Shown piece by piece: positions 4,734 to 12,568 of a stretch of DNA of 12,568 nt. The stretch comes from a bacterium. Lineage in GTDB: Bacteria; Methylomirabilota; Methylomirabilia; CAVQYV01. Position 1 is the stretch's first letter. Each line of letters starts with the position of its first letter. The notes under the pieces were generated by a model. That model ran no database searches. It was given only the letters and a program-made list of their open reading frames with translations, and was not told where the DNA came from. Made by a program: the position numbers and the translations under genes. The stretch is from assembly GCA_043800755.1 (NCBI GenBank), contig JAZDMQ010000024.1, positions 1-12,568 on the forward strand. The letters run 5' to 3'.

Positions 4734-7087
4734 TGATGCAGCCTCCTGAAAGGCCCATGGAGAGCCTCCCCGGCGGTTCGATCTCGCAGACCATTTCCGA
4801 TTTCGCGGCCCGGTATCCCTTTCCTCTCGATGATTTTCAACTCCAGGCCCTCCGCCGGATCGCCGAAGGTTCCTCGGTCATCGTCTCCGCCCCCACCGGG
4901 GCCGGAAAGACGCTGATCGCCGAATTCGCCATCTGGCTCGCCTTATCCCGGCAGCGCCGTATCGGATACACCACCCCGCTCAAGGCCCTCAGTAACCAGA
5001 AGTACACGGACTTCCAGCGGGAGTTTGGGGAGGAGCAGGTCGGGATCCTCACCGGCGATGTGAAGGTCAATCCCCACGCCCCCCTGCTGGTGATGACCAC
5101 CGAGATCCTCCGCAATATGTTCTACGAGCGGGACTTCCCGCAGATGGCCTATGTGGTGCTGGATGAATGCCACTTCATCGGGGATGAGGGCCGGGGAACG
5201 GTGTGGGAGGAGATCATCATCAACTGCCCCCGCGACATCCGCCTGGTCGCCCTGTCCGCCACCGTCTCCAACATCCGGGAGATCGCGGACTGGATCGAGG
5301 AGGTCCACGGGCCGATGGAGGTCATCTATCACCCGGTGCGGCCGGTCCCGCTGGAATTCCTCTTCTGCGATCGGGAGGCAAAGATGGTCGCCCTGCAGGG
5401 GCTCACCCAGCGCCAGCTGGAGCAGAGCCTTTACAAAGGTAGCCCACGGCCGGAGCGCAGGGACCGCGGGAAGTGGGGTAAAAGCCGCGAGCGGTTCCCC
5501 TCCCCGCGGAGGCCTGTTAACCCCTCGCTGGTCATTCCTTCTCTGGAGGCCAGGGGCTGGCACCCGGCCATCTATTTCATCTTCAGTCGTGCCGGATGCG
5601 AACAGGCCTTGCAGAGGTTTTTGGAGGAGGGAGGGGATCTCCTCGATCTGGGCCAGAAGGAACAGGTCGAGGGGCTCATCGAGGAGACCCTGTTGGAGTT
5701 TCCCAGCATTAGCTTAGAGAGCGAGCTCAATACCACCTTGCTTTCCGGCCTGAAGCGGGGCGTGGGGGTCCATCATGCGGGCATCCTCCCGGCCCTCAAG
5801 CGCCTGACCGAGATCCTCTTCGAGAAGGGCCTGGTCAAGGTGGTCTTTGCCACCGAGACTATGAGCCTGGGGATCCATATGCCCGCCAAGTCGGTGGTGC
5901 TGCAAAGCCTGTCCAAGCGCTCGGATTATGGATTCCGCAATCTGACCCATAACGAGATCACCCAGATGGCGGGGAGGGCGGGCCGCAGGGGAATCGATCC
6001 GGAGGGCAAATGCGTCGTGGCCTTGGACTCCAAGGAGGCCATCGGCGAGGCCCTCCACCTGGTTCGAGGGAAGCCGGAGCCCATCGCCAGCCAATTCCGC
6101 ATCGGCTATAGCTCGGCTGCCCTGCTACTGCGAAATTTCCCCGACGATCAGTTGATCCGCAAGATCGTCGAATCCAGCCTGGGGCAATTCCAGAACCGGA
6201 AACGGATGGAAGTCTTAGAGGAACAGATTGAGCAGGCAGAAGAGCAAGCCAAGGAATCCAGGTCCTTCCAGCCCTTTTGCGGTGATCTACAGGAGATTCT
6301 CCAGTATCGGCAGGTCAGGGAGAGGGGAGAAGGATCAAAGGGCCAAAGGGAGAGGGAATCCTCCCGGTTGAAACTAACCGAGATAGCCTGCCATCGCTGC
6401 CCCAAGAGGGGGGAGTGCGAGCGGCGGCTCCGGCGATGGCGGCGCTGGGAGAGGAATCTGAACGCCAAGCGGCAGGATCTCAACCTGCTGGCCAATTCCT
6501 ATTGGGACCAGTTTCTGCGGGTGAGGGAGGTCCTGCAACATTTCGGTTATGTGAAGGATCAGGCGTTGACCGAAGAGGGCCATCTGATCGCCGCGTTGCG
6601 ACACGACAACGAGCTGCTGGTGGCCCGCATCGCCTTTTCAGGGGCGCTGGAGGGGTTGAAGCCCGCGGAGGTAGCGGCGGTCCTCTCCTGCGCGGTAGAG
6701 GAGCCGAGAAGTCGAGAGGCCCTTATCGCCAAGGTCTTTTTAAAGGGTCAACCTCTGCTCAAGAGGAGGGTTCACCAGATGGAGGGCCTGGCCGAAGAGA
6801 TCCTGCAGGTGCAGCAAGAAAGGGCGATCTTCATGCCCCTCAACCTCCATACGAACTTCATGGCGGCCGCCTATGAGTGGGCTTCAGGCGAGGAGGATTG
6901 GCTGGGCCTGGTGCGCAGGAGCTTCGGCGGCTACGAGGGCGACCTAATCCGCTCCTTCCGCCGGCTCATCGATCTGTGCCGGCAGCTCATCGATGCGCCC
7001 ACCCTGCCTACTGTCCTGCGGGAAAGGCTCTGGCAGGCCACAGAGATGTTAGACCGGGATATCGTCTGGGAGAGCGCGTTGATCTAA
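4730..7087 (+). CDS. helY: Ski2-like DExH-box RNA helicase (HelY family, DSHCT-type C-terminus)
   Basis: YPFPLDDFQ, APTGAGKT, PLKALSNQKY, LTGD, MTTEILRNM, DECH, LSAT, FIFSR, GVHHAG, ATETMSLG, QMAGRAGRRGID and C-terminal EGDLIR..RRLIDL..Q...LDRDIV. ATGA overlap with the upstream stop codon. Confidence 0.92.
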   Translation: MMMQPPERPMESLPGGSISQTISDFAARYPFPLDDFQLQALRRIAEGSSVIVSAPTGAGKTLIAEFAIWLALSRQRRIGYTTPLKALSNQKYTDFQREFGEEQVGILTGDVKVNPHAPLLVMTTEILRNMFYERDFPQMAYVVLDECHFIGDEGRGTVWEEIIINCPRDIRLVALSATVSNIREIADWIEEVHGPMEVIYHPVRPVPLEFLFCDREAKMVALQGLTQRQLEQSLYKGSPRPERRDRGKWGKSRERFPSPRRPVNPSLVIPSLEARGWHPAIYFIFSRAGCEQALQRFLEEGGDLLDLGQKEQVEGLIEETLLEFPSISLESELNTTLLSGLKRGVGVHHAGILPALKRLTEILFEKGLVKVVFATETMSLGIHMPAKSVVLQSLSKRSDYGFRNLTHNEITQMAGRAGRRGIDPEGKCVVALDSKEAIGEALHLVRGKPEPIASQFRIGYSSAALLLRNFPDDQLIRKIVESSLGQFQNRKRMEVLEEQIEQAEEQAKESRSFQPFCGDLQEILQYRQVRERGEGSKGQRERESSRLKLTEIACHRCPKRGECERRLRRWRRWERNLNAKRQDLNLLANSYWDQFLRVREVLQHFGYVKDQALTEEGHLIAALRHDNELLVARIAFSGALEGLKPAEVAAVLSCAVEEPRSREALIAKVFLKGQPLLKRRVHQMEGLAEEILQVQQERAIFMPLNLHTNFMAAAYEWASGEEDWLGLVRRSFGGYEGDLIRSFRRLIDLCRQLIDAPTLPTVLRERLWQATEMLDRDIVWESALI

Positions 7088-7152
7088 TGTGCCCTTGATC
7101 GGAGAAATGGACTGATGCCCTGAGTTCGTCCCACGCTTCCGGAAGTGCACTC

Positions 7153-7182
7153 CCTGAGCCCTTTCCTGGGAAAGGGCTCAGG
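7153..7182. terminator. Perfect 14-bp inverted repeat between the convergent helicase and RRM genes (possible bidirectional terminator or stabilising stem)
   Basis: CCTGAGCCCTTTCC-TG-GGAAAGGGCTCAGG. No U-tract on either side, so terminator function is uncertain. Confidence 0.55.
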
Positions 7183-7194
7183 CAACAGCCCCTT

Positions 7195-7539
7195 CTACCA
7201 CCTTCTCCCGCCGCGATCGCCGCCGCTCCCGCCGCGATCGCCGCCGGGCCGTCCGCCGCCTCCGCCGCCCCTTCGTCCGGAATCCCTCTGAGCTTCGGTC
7301 CGGGCCTCATTGACGACGATTTCCCGTCCATCGAGGTTTTGCCCGGTGAACTTGCGAATGGCCTCATCGGCCTCCTGCTGGGTCGACATCTCAACAAAAC
7401 CGAATCCCCTCGACTGTCCGGTGGAACGGTCGCTGATGAGGTTAACGGATTCCACGGTGCCAGCCTGAGAGAATAGATTCTCGAGGCTCTCCTTGGTGGT
7501 TGTATAAGACAAATTTCCCACATACAGCTTCTTCGGCAT
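7195..7539 (-). CDS. RRM-domain RNA-binding protein with a Gly/Arg-rich tail
   Basis: RNP2 LYVGNL, RNP1 RGFGFVEM, LDGREIVVNEAR and an RGG-rich C-terminus; purine-rich GGGGGA RBS upstream. Confidence 0.95.
   Translation of the reverse strand: MPKKLYVGNLSYTTTKESLENLFSQAGTVESVNLISDRSTGQSRGFGFVEMSTQQEADEAIRKFTGQNLDGREIVVNEARTEAQRDSGRRGGGGGGRPGGDRGGSGGDRGGRRW
7205..7246. repeat. Perfect 21-bp tandem duplication encoding the GGDRG-containing tail repeats
   Basis: ctcccgccgcgatcgccgccg at 7205-7225 and 7226-7246. Confidence 0.85.
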
Positions 7540-7783
7540 GATCCTGTCCCCCTATTCCTAAACCGCGAGCAAAGCCATTGAATAAAAATACGCGAGGCCA
7601 GAGAAAACCACGGAGGTCCTTTCACCACCAAGGAATTCAATGACTGACCGATCCTTATTCGATTTCTCCCAAATTGTCAAATGAAATATCAGAAAAAAGA
7701 AGGCGAGAAGAGGGAGAGGACAAAGGAGGTGAGGCAGATCGGGACCAAATGGCCGGCCCCCTTCTGTTCTCCTTCTGTTCTCC

Positions 7784-7813
7784 TTGACCGGAAGAGGCCC
7801 TCCATGTTATCTT
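7784..7813 (+). promoter_or_regulatory. Candidate promoter for thrC
   Basis: TTGACC (7784-7789), 18-bp spacer, extended -10 TGn-TATCTT (7805-7813). Confidence 0.35.
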
Positions 7814-7866
7814 GGACAGGGCGGGCGTATGCTCGCCTTCCATCTTCCACTCAAGAAAGGTCATCC

Positions 7867-9258
7867 ATGCGATACATCAGCACCCGCGGGGGAATAAGGC
7901 CAATCCCCTTCCGAGAAGCCGTGATGATGGGGCTCGCCCCCGATGGGGGCCTCCTCTTGCCCGAGGAGATCCCCGCCCTTTCTCCTGCGACTCTCCAGGC
8001 CTGGCAGAGGCTGCCTTATCAGGATCTGGCCTTTCAGATCATCTCCCGATATGCGGAAGATGTGCCCCCGGAGGTCCTGTGCGATCTCCTCGACGCCTCC
8101 TATGCCTCCTTCTCCCACTATGAGATCACCCCGGTGGTGCAGAAGGGGGGGGTTTATATCTTGGAGCTCTTCCATGGTCCCACCTTGGCCTTCAAGGATC
8201 TGGCCCTGCAATTCTTAGGCAACCTCTTTCAGTACCTCCTTTCCCAGACCGGTCAGAGGATGAATATCCTGGGGGCCACCTCCGGGGATACAGGCAGTGC
8301 TGCCATTTACGGGGTCAAGGGAAGGGCGAACATCCACATCTTCATCCTCCACCCCCATCAGAAGGTGAGCCGCATCCAGGAACTGCAGATGACCACAGTC
8401 CCGGATGCCAATGTCTTCAATATCGCCATCCGCGGGACCTTTGACGACGGCCAGGCCATCGTGAAGTCTATCTTCAACGATCTGCCCTTTAAGGAGCGCT
8501 TCGGCCTCGGCGCGATCAACTCTATCAATTGGGCACGGGTATTGGCCCAGGTGGTCTATTATTTCTATGCCTATTTTCGGGTGGCAGAGGAGAGGGGTGG
8601 GGGCGAGGTTCTGGTGTCGGTGCCCACCGGGAACTTCGGGGACATCTTCGCCGGATACATCGCCAAGAGGATGGGATTGCCCATCCGGCGCCTCATCCTG
8701 GCCACCAACGAGAACAATATCCTCACCCGCTTTGTCAGTCAGGGCGATTACTCCATCGGGGCCGTGGTTCCTACCTATAGCCCCTCCATGGACATCCAGG
8801 TCGCCAGCAACTTCGAGCGCTATCTCTACTATCTGTACGGTGAGGACCCCACCGCGCTGATAGAGGCCATGAAGATCTTCAAAAAGACGGGCAGACTGGC
8901 CTTCAAGGGGAAGGAGGCGGAGATGGCCCGGCGGGACTTCGCCTCTGCCTCAGTCGGGCAAGAGGATACCCTGGCCACCATTCGCGACTTCTACCTCAAG
9001 GAAGGCTATCTGCTCGATCCGCATAGCGCCGTGGGCCTGAGGGCGGGACTCCTTTGCCGGGAGGACTCTCTGCCACTGATCTGTCTGGCCACTGCCCATC
9101 CCGCCAAGTTCGGGGAGGCAGTGAAGAAGGCCATCGGAGCCAATCTCGAACTCCCGCCCGCTTTGGCGGACATCGAGAAGCAACCGGCCAGGTGCGTGGT
9201 CCTCGACGCTGCGGTCGAGGCGGTGAAGGGTTATATCGAGGCCAACGCCCTCAGGTAA
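7867..9258 (+). CDS. thrC: Threonine synthase
   Basis: MRYISTRG start, GLAPDGGL, PLP lysine motif LELFHGPTLAFKD, ATSGDTG, NSINWAR, VPTGNFG, SPSMDIQVASNFER and LATAHPAKF. AAGAAAGG RBS before ATG 7867; the longer ORF start at 7681 is rejected. Confidence 0.97.
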   Translation: MRYISTRGGIRPIPFREAVMMGLAPDGGLLLPEEIPALSPATLQAWQRLPYQDLAFQIISRYAEDVPPEVLCDLLDASYASFSHYEITPVVQKGGVYILELFHGPTLAFKDLALQFLGNLFQYLLSQTGQRMNILGATSGDTGSAAIYGVKGRANIHIFILHPHQKVSRIQELQMTTVPDANVFNIAIRGTFDDGQAIVKSIFNDLPFKERFGLGAINSINWARVLAQVVYYFYAYFRVAEERGGGEVLVSVPTGNFGDIFAGYIAKRMGLPIRRLILATNENNILTRFVSQGDYSIGAVVPTYSPSMDIQVASNFERYLYYLYGEDPTALIEAMKIFKKTGRLAFKGKEAEMARRDFASASVGQEDTLATIRDFYLKEGYLLDPHSAVGLRAGLLCREDSLPLICLATAHPAKFGEAVKKAIGANLELPPALADIEKQPARCVVLDAAVEAVKGYIEANALR

Positions 9259-9381
9259 TATCTTCCCCCGAGACCTCTTCATTGTTTTTTCATTCCCTTC
9301 ATCCGGGAAGTCCTTTCTGCATCATTAAAGGGTAGAGCCACTTTCGCCACGCCTCCCAGGTGGCAGCAGAGGAGGTCTTCG

Positions 9382-11883
9382 ATGAAGCACCCGGATATCC
9401 CATCTACCCCGACCCGGCAAGAGACCGCGACCTTGGCCATCTCGGGCATGCACTGTGCCTCCTGCGCCAGGGCCATCGAAAATGCCCTTTCGCAAAGGGA
9501 GGGGGTGTATCAGGCCTCGGTCAACTTCGCCTCGGAGAAGGCCCAGGTCGTATTCGATCCGGCCCGGGTGACCCGGGCTGCCCTGGAGCAGGTGGTGGAG
9601 GCGGTCGGCTATCAGATCATCCGCGCCCCGGGGGCGGAGAAGAACCTCCTTCGCCTGAAGGTCATCGGTATGGACAATCCTCATTGCCTGGGCACGGTGA
9701 AAGGCGCCTTGGGGGGCCTGCCCGGCATCCTCTCCCAGGAGCTCTCCCTCAACGAACGGGCCCTCATCAGCTTCGACCCTCAAATCATCACCGCCGAGGC
9801 CATCAAAGGGGCCATCCAACAGGCCGGGTATACCCCCCTGGAGGAAGAGGCGACCAGCCTGGAGGCAGAGGTGGCCGCCCGGGAGAGGGAAATCGGTGGT
9901 CTCAGGGCCCGCTTCACCACCTCGACCCTTCTCGGTCTCTTGCTCCTCTATGCGGCCATGGGGGCTCATTTGGGCCTGCCCCTGCCGCACCTGAGTCCTT
10001 CTTCCATGGCCCTCCTCCAATTCGCCCTCACCACCCCCATCCTCCTGGCCGGTTCCCTCTTCTACCGCCGGGGGATGCTCTCCCTCCTGAAGACCCGCAC
10101 CGCCAACATGGATACCCTGGTGGCCCTGGGGACGGGTTCGGCCTACCTCTGGAGCACCTATGTCTCCATCTCGCTCTGGCTGGGTCGGGGGGGCTACGGC
10201 GTCGGCGACCTTTACTACGAAGTGGCCGGCCTGCTGATCGCCTTCATCCTCTTGGGGAAGTGGATGGAGGCCAGGGCCAAGGGCAAGACAGGAGAGGCGA
10301 TCCGGGCCCTCATGGGCCTTCGGCCCCGCACGGCCGTGGTGATGCGGGAGGGAAAGGAGCAGGAGATCTCGATCGAGGAGGTGGCTGTGGGGGATGTCCT
10401 GATCGTGAGACCCGGAGAGAAGATCCCGGTGGACGGCCGCATCGTGGAGGGCGGATCTGCCGTGGACGAATCCATGATCACCGGAGAGTCCATTCCCCAG
10501 GAAAAGGGGCCCGGCGATATAGTCATCGGGGCGACCCTCAACAAGACCGGAAGCTTCAAATTCGCGGCCACCAAGGTGGGGAAGGAAACCGCGTTGGCCC
10601 AGATCATCCAATTCGTGGAGCAGGCCCAAGCCAGTAAGGCCCCCATCCAGGAGCTGGCCGACCGGATCTCCGCCTATTTCGTGCCGACGGTGGCCGGGAT
10701 TGCCATCCTGGCCTTCCTCATCTGGCTGTTGGCCGGAAAGGGCTTCCTCTTCGCCCTCACCATCTTCATTGCGGTGATGATCATCGCCTGTCCCTGTGCC
10801 CTGGGGCTGGCAACCCCCACCGCGGTGATGGTGGGGACTGGCATTGGGGCCCAGAATGGCATCCTCATTCGCAGTGCCCAGGCCCTCCAGAGGGCCCGTT
10901 CCATTCAGTGCATCGTCTTCGATAAGACCGGGACCTTGACCCGAGGCCGTCCGGAGATGACCGATGTGATTCCCTTGGGCGGATATGGAAGGGAGGAGGT
11001 CTTGGGCTGGGCGGCCGCCGCGGAAAAGCGCTCCGAGCACCCCCTGGGAGAGGCCATCTTGAAGGGGGCGGAGAGGGAAGGCGTACAAGTGAGGGATCCG
11101 GAGGCCTTTGAGTCCGTCACCGGCAAGGGAATCACCGCACGCCTGGAGGGAAGGGAAATCCTCCTGGGGAATCGCCGACTGATGGAGGAGAAGGGGATTG
11201 ACCTGTCCTCAACGGAGGTTGATCTGCAGCGCCTGGAGCAGGAGGGCAAGACGGCTGCCTTGGTGGCAGTCGAGGGAGGATTGGCCGGGATCGTCGCCGT
11301 GGCGGACACCCTCAAGGAGTTCTCCCGCGAGGCCATCCAGGCCCTGCAAAGGACGGGAAAGCAAGTGATCATGATCACCGGGGACAACGAGAGGACGGCC
11401 CGGGCGATCGCCCGTCAAGTAGGAATCGAAAGGGTCCTGGCCGAGGTCCTGCCCCAGGAAAAGGCACATCAGATCAAGATCCTACAGCAGGAGGGCCTTC
11501 ATGTCGCCATGGTGGGAGATGGGATCAATGACGCCCCGGCCCTGACCCAGGCCGATTTAGGGATCGCACTGGGCAGCGGCACCGATGTGGCCATCGAGGC
11601 CGGGGATATCGTGCTGATTAGAGATGATCTGCGGGATGTGGTGGTTGCCCTGGACCTCTCCGGATATGTGATGGGCAAGATCAAGCAAAACCTCTTCTGG
11701 GCCTTCTTTTATAACCTGGTGGGCATACCGGTGGCGGCGGGCATCCTTTATCCCTTCACCGGGTTCCTCCTCAATCCGATTATTGCCGGGGCGGCCATGG
11801 CCTTCAGCTCGGTTTCAGTCATCTCCAATGCCCTGCTGATGCGCCGCTACCGCCCCCGGATCAAGAGGGCTGCCATGGCTTGA
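9382..11883 (+). CDS. copA: Copper-translocating P1B-type ATPase
   Basis: HMA motif GMHCASC, TGES, CPC, DKTGT, SEHPL and GDGINDAP, plus the transmembrane YN and MAFSS motifs typical of P1B-1 Cu(I) pumps. AGAGGAGG RBS. Confidence 0.93.
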   Translation: MKHPDIPSTPTRQETATLAISGMHCASCARAIENALSQREGVYQASVNFASEKAQVVFDPARVTRAALEQVVEAVGYQIIRAPGAEKNLLRLKVIGMDNPHCLGTVKGALGGLPGILSQELSLNERALISFDPQIITAEAIKGAIQQAGYTPLEEEATSLEAEVAAREREIGGLRARFTTSTLLGLLLLYAAMGAHLGLPLPHLSPSSMALLQFALTTPILLAGSLFYRRGMLSLLKTRTANMDTLVALGTGSAYLWSTYVSISLWLGRGGYGVGDLYYEVAGLLIAFILLGKWMEARAKGKTGEAIRALMGLRPRTAVVMREGKEQEISIEEVAVGDVLIVRPGEKIPVDGRIVEGGSAVDESMITGESIPQEKGPGDIVIGATLNKTGSFKFAATKVGKETALAQIIQFVEQAQASKAPIQELADRISAYFVPTVAGIAILAFLIWLLAGKGFLFALTIFIAVMIIACPCALGLATPTAVMVGTGIGAQNGILIRSAQALQRARSIQCIVFDKTGTLTRGRPEMTDVIPLGGYGREEVLGWAAAAEKRSEHPLGEAILKGAEREGVQVRDPEAFESVTGKGITARLEGREILLGNRRLMEEKGIDLSSTEVDLQRLEQEGKTAALVAVEGGLAGIVAVADTLKEFSREAIQALQRTGKQVIMITGDNERTARAIARQVGIERVLAEVLPQEKAHQIKILQQEGLHVAMVGDGINDAPALTQADLGIALGSGTDVAIEAGDIVLIRDDLRDVVVALDLSGYVMGKIKQNLFWAFFYNLVGIPVAAGILYPFTGFLLNPIIAGAAMAFSSVSVISNALLMRRYRPRIKRAAMA

Positions 11884-11900
11884 TTCCCTGCTTACACCCT

Positions 11901-11938
11901 GGGCTGGGAAATGCCTCTCGGAGTCATGACGCCAGCCC
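11901..11938. terminator. Imperfect stem-loop between the convergent copA and tatA genes
   Basis: GGGCTGG (11901-11907) pairs with CCAGCCC (11932-11938), with inner ATG/CAT and CTC/GAG pairs; no U-tract. Confidence 0.3.
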
Positions 11939-11941
11939 GCC

Positions 11942-12139
11942 TCAGGCCTTGGAATCCTTTTCCTTCTCCTTCTCCTCGGAGGAGATTGCATTCTGCTCGG
12001 GCTTCTCCTCGACTGCCCCCTTGAACTCTCGGATGGCCTTCCCCAGGGAACTCCCCACCTGAGGGAGTTTCCCTACCCCAAAGATCAATAGGGCGATCAC
12101 CAGGACGATGATCAACTCCGGCATACCAATTCCCATCAT
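11942..12139 (-). CDS. tatA: Twin-arginine translocase TatA/TatE subunit
   Basis: [42 protein letters not shown] helix, FG hinge, amphipathic helix and charged tail. AGAGGGGGTG RBS before ATG 12139. Confidence 0.95.
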   Translation of the reverse strand: MMGIGMPELIIVLVIALLIFGVGKLPQVGSSLGKAIREFKGAVEEKPEQNAISSEEKEKEKDSKA

Positions 12140-12285
12140 CGTTTTCTCACCCCCTCTTCTCACTCAGAGGAGCGCAGGTTTCGCCCCCGCCTCTCTTGCT
12201 GCCGCGAAGCACTCTACCCCTTGCCTCCCTCTTCATCCGACCCATCTTCTCCGGGAGCAGACACCCACTCGATCCCTTCCCCATT

Positions 12286-12568
12286 TCACTGGCGAGACCT
12301 CGCTCGACTGTCCGGCCGAGGAGGCGGGAATGCGCTCTCCTTTGGCAGCTCCTCGATCGTCTGATCCCGAAGATACTTCATCCGGGAACGATAGACCCTC
12401 CGGGTCTCGCTGATCTCGAAGATGGGGCACAGAAAGAACCAGGCCGCTAGCAAAAAATGATCCCCCAATAGGTCAGGAACCGGGTCCCGGAGGGGGAAAA
12501 ATCGAGGAAATGGAGGCCCAAGAAGATCATCACCCCCAAGGCAACCAGGACGGCAGAGGTGAAGAGCC
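12286..12568 (-). pseudogene. 3' part of a small membrane-protein gene with an apparent 1-nt frameshift in a T6 run
   Basis: The frame entering from the edge reads LFTSAVLVALGVMIFLGLHFLDFSPSGTRFLTYWGIIFC* (stop 12449-12447). One extra T at 12452-12457 would continue it as YWGIIFLLAAWFFLCPIFEISETRRVYRSRMKYLRDQTIEEL... to the stop at 12286. Confidence 0.4.

Noticed and set aside
7108-7150. Hammerhead ribozyme-like CTGATG segment after the helicase
   Set aside because: The core reads CTGATGC rather than CTGANGA, and no correctly placed GAAA is present.
7651-7680. Minus-strand promoter for the RRM gene (TTGACA at 7680-7675)
   Set aside because: Perfect -35, but the -10 at 17-18 bp spacing (TAAGGA/AAGGAT) is too poor to call.
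7681-7866. 62-aa N-terminal extension of ThrC in the ORF track
   Set aside because: The family-typical start MRYISTRG at 7867 has its own RBS; the extension is low-complexity and overlaps likely promoter sequence.
9259-9381. Copper-responsive operator (CsoR/CueR/CopY) upstream of copA
   Set aside because: Only a weak 5-bp dyad (GCCAC/GTGGC, 9346-9364); it does not convincingly match any operator I know.
9325-11088. 587-aa antisense ORF and 425-aa alternative-frame ORF (9360-10637) over copA
   Set aside because: Shadow ORFs expected in GC-rich coding DNA; no recognisable motifs, and fully overlapping a clear ATPase gene.

Overview
GC-rich bacterial window with two parts. Left (1-3050): the 5' end of a minus-strand type I restriction-modification locus, with hsdM followed by a YhcG/DUF1016-family gene that runs off the window and is missing from the ORF track. 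This part is heavily modified by a short palindromic repeat family (CCCTCACCCCnGnCCCTCTCCCnnnGGGAGAGGG-like). Two inverted copies bracket a DUF559-like endonuclease domain inserted in frame into HsdM, and a lone copy is inserted in frame near the HsdM C-terminus. Two more copies sit downstream, each fused to a divergent duplicate of the hsdM 3' end and linked by translationally coupled micro-ORFs. Every full copy has a fold-back next to its tail, and in the three intragenic cases one arm of the fold-back is host coding sequence. A ~200-nt nested-stem element lies upstream of hsdM. Right (3135-12568): ordinary chromosomal genes, namely an ArnT/PMT-like glycosyltransferase, a HelY/Ski2-like helicase, an RRM RNA-binding protein, thrC, a CopA-type P1B ATPase, tatA and a possibly frameshifted membrane-protein gene at the right edge. 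All alignments and pairings were done by eye; no searches or folding programs were run.
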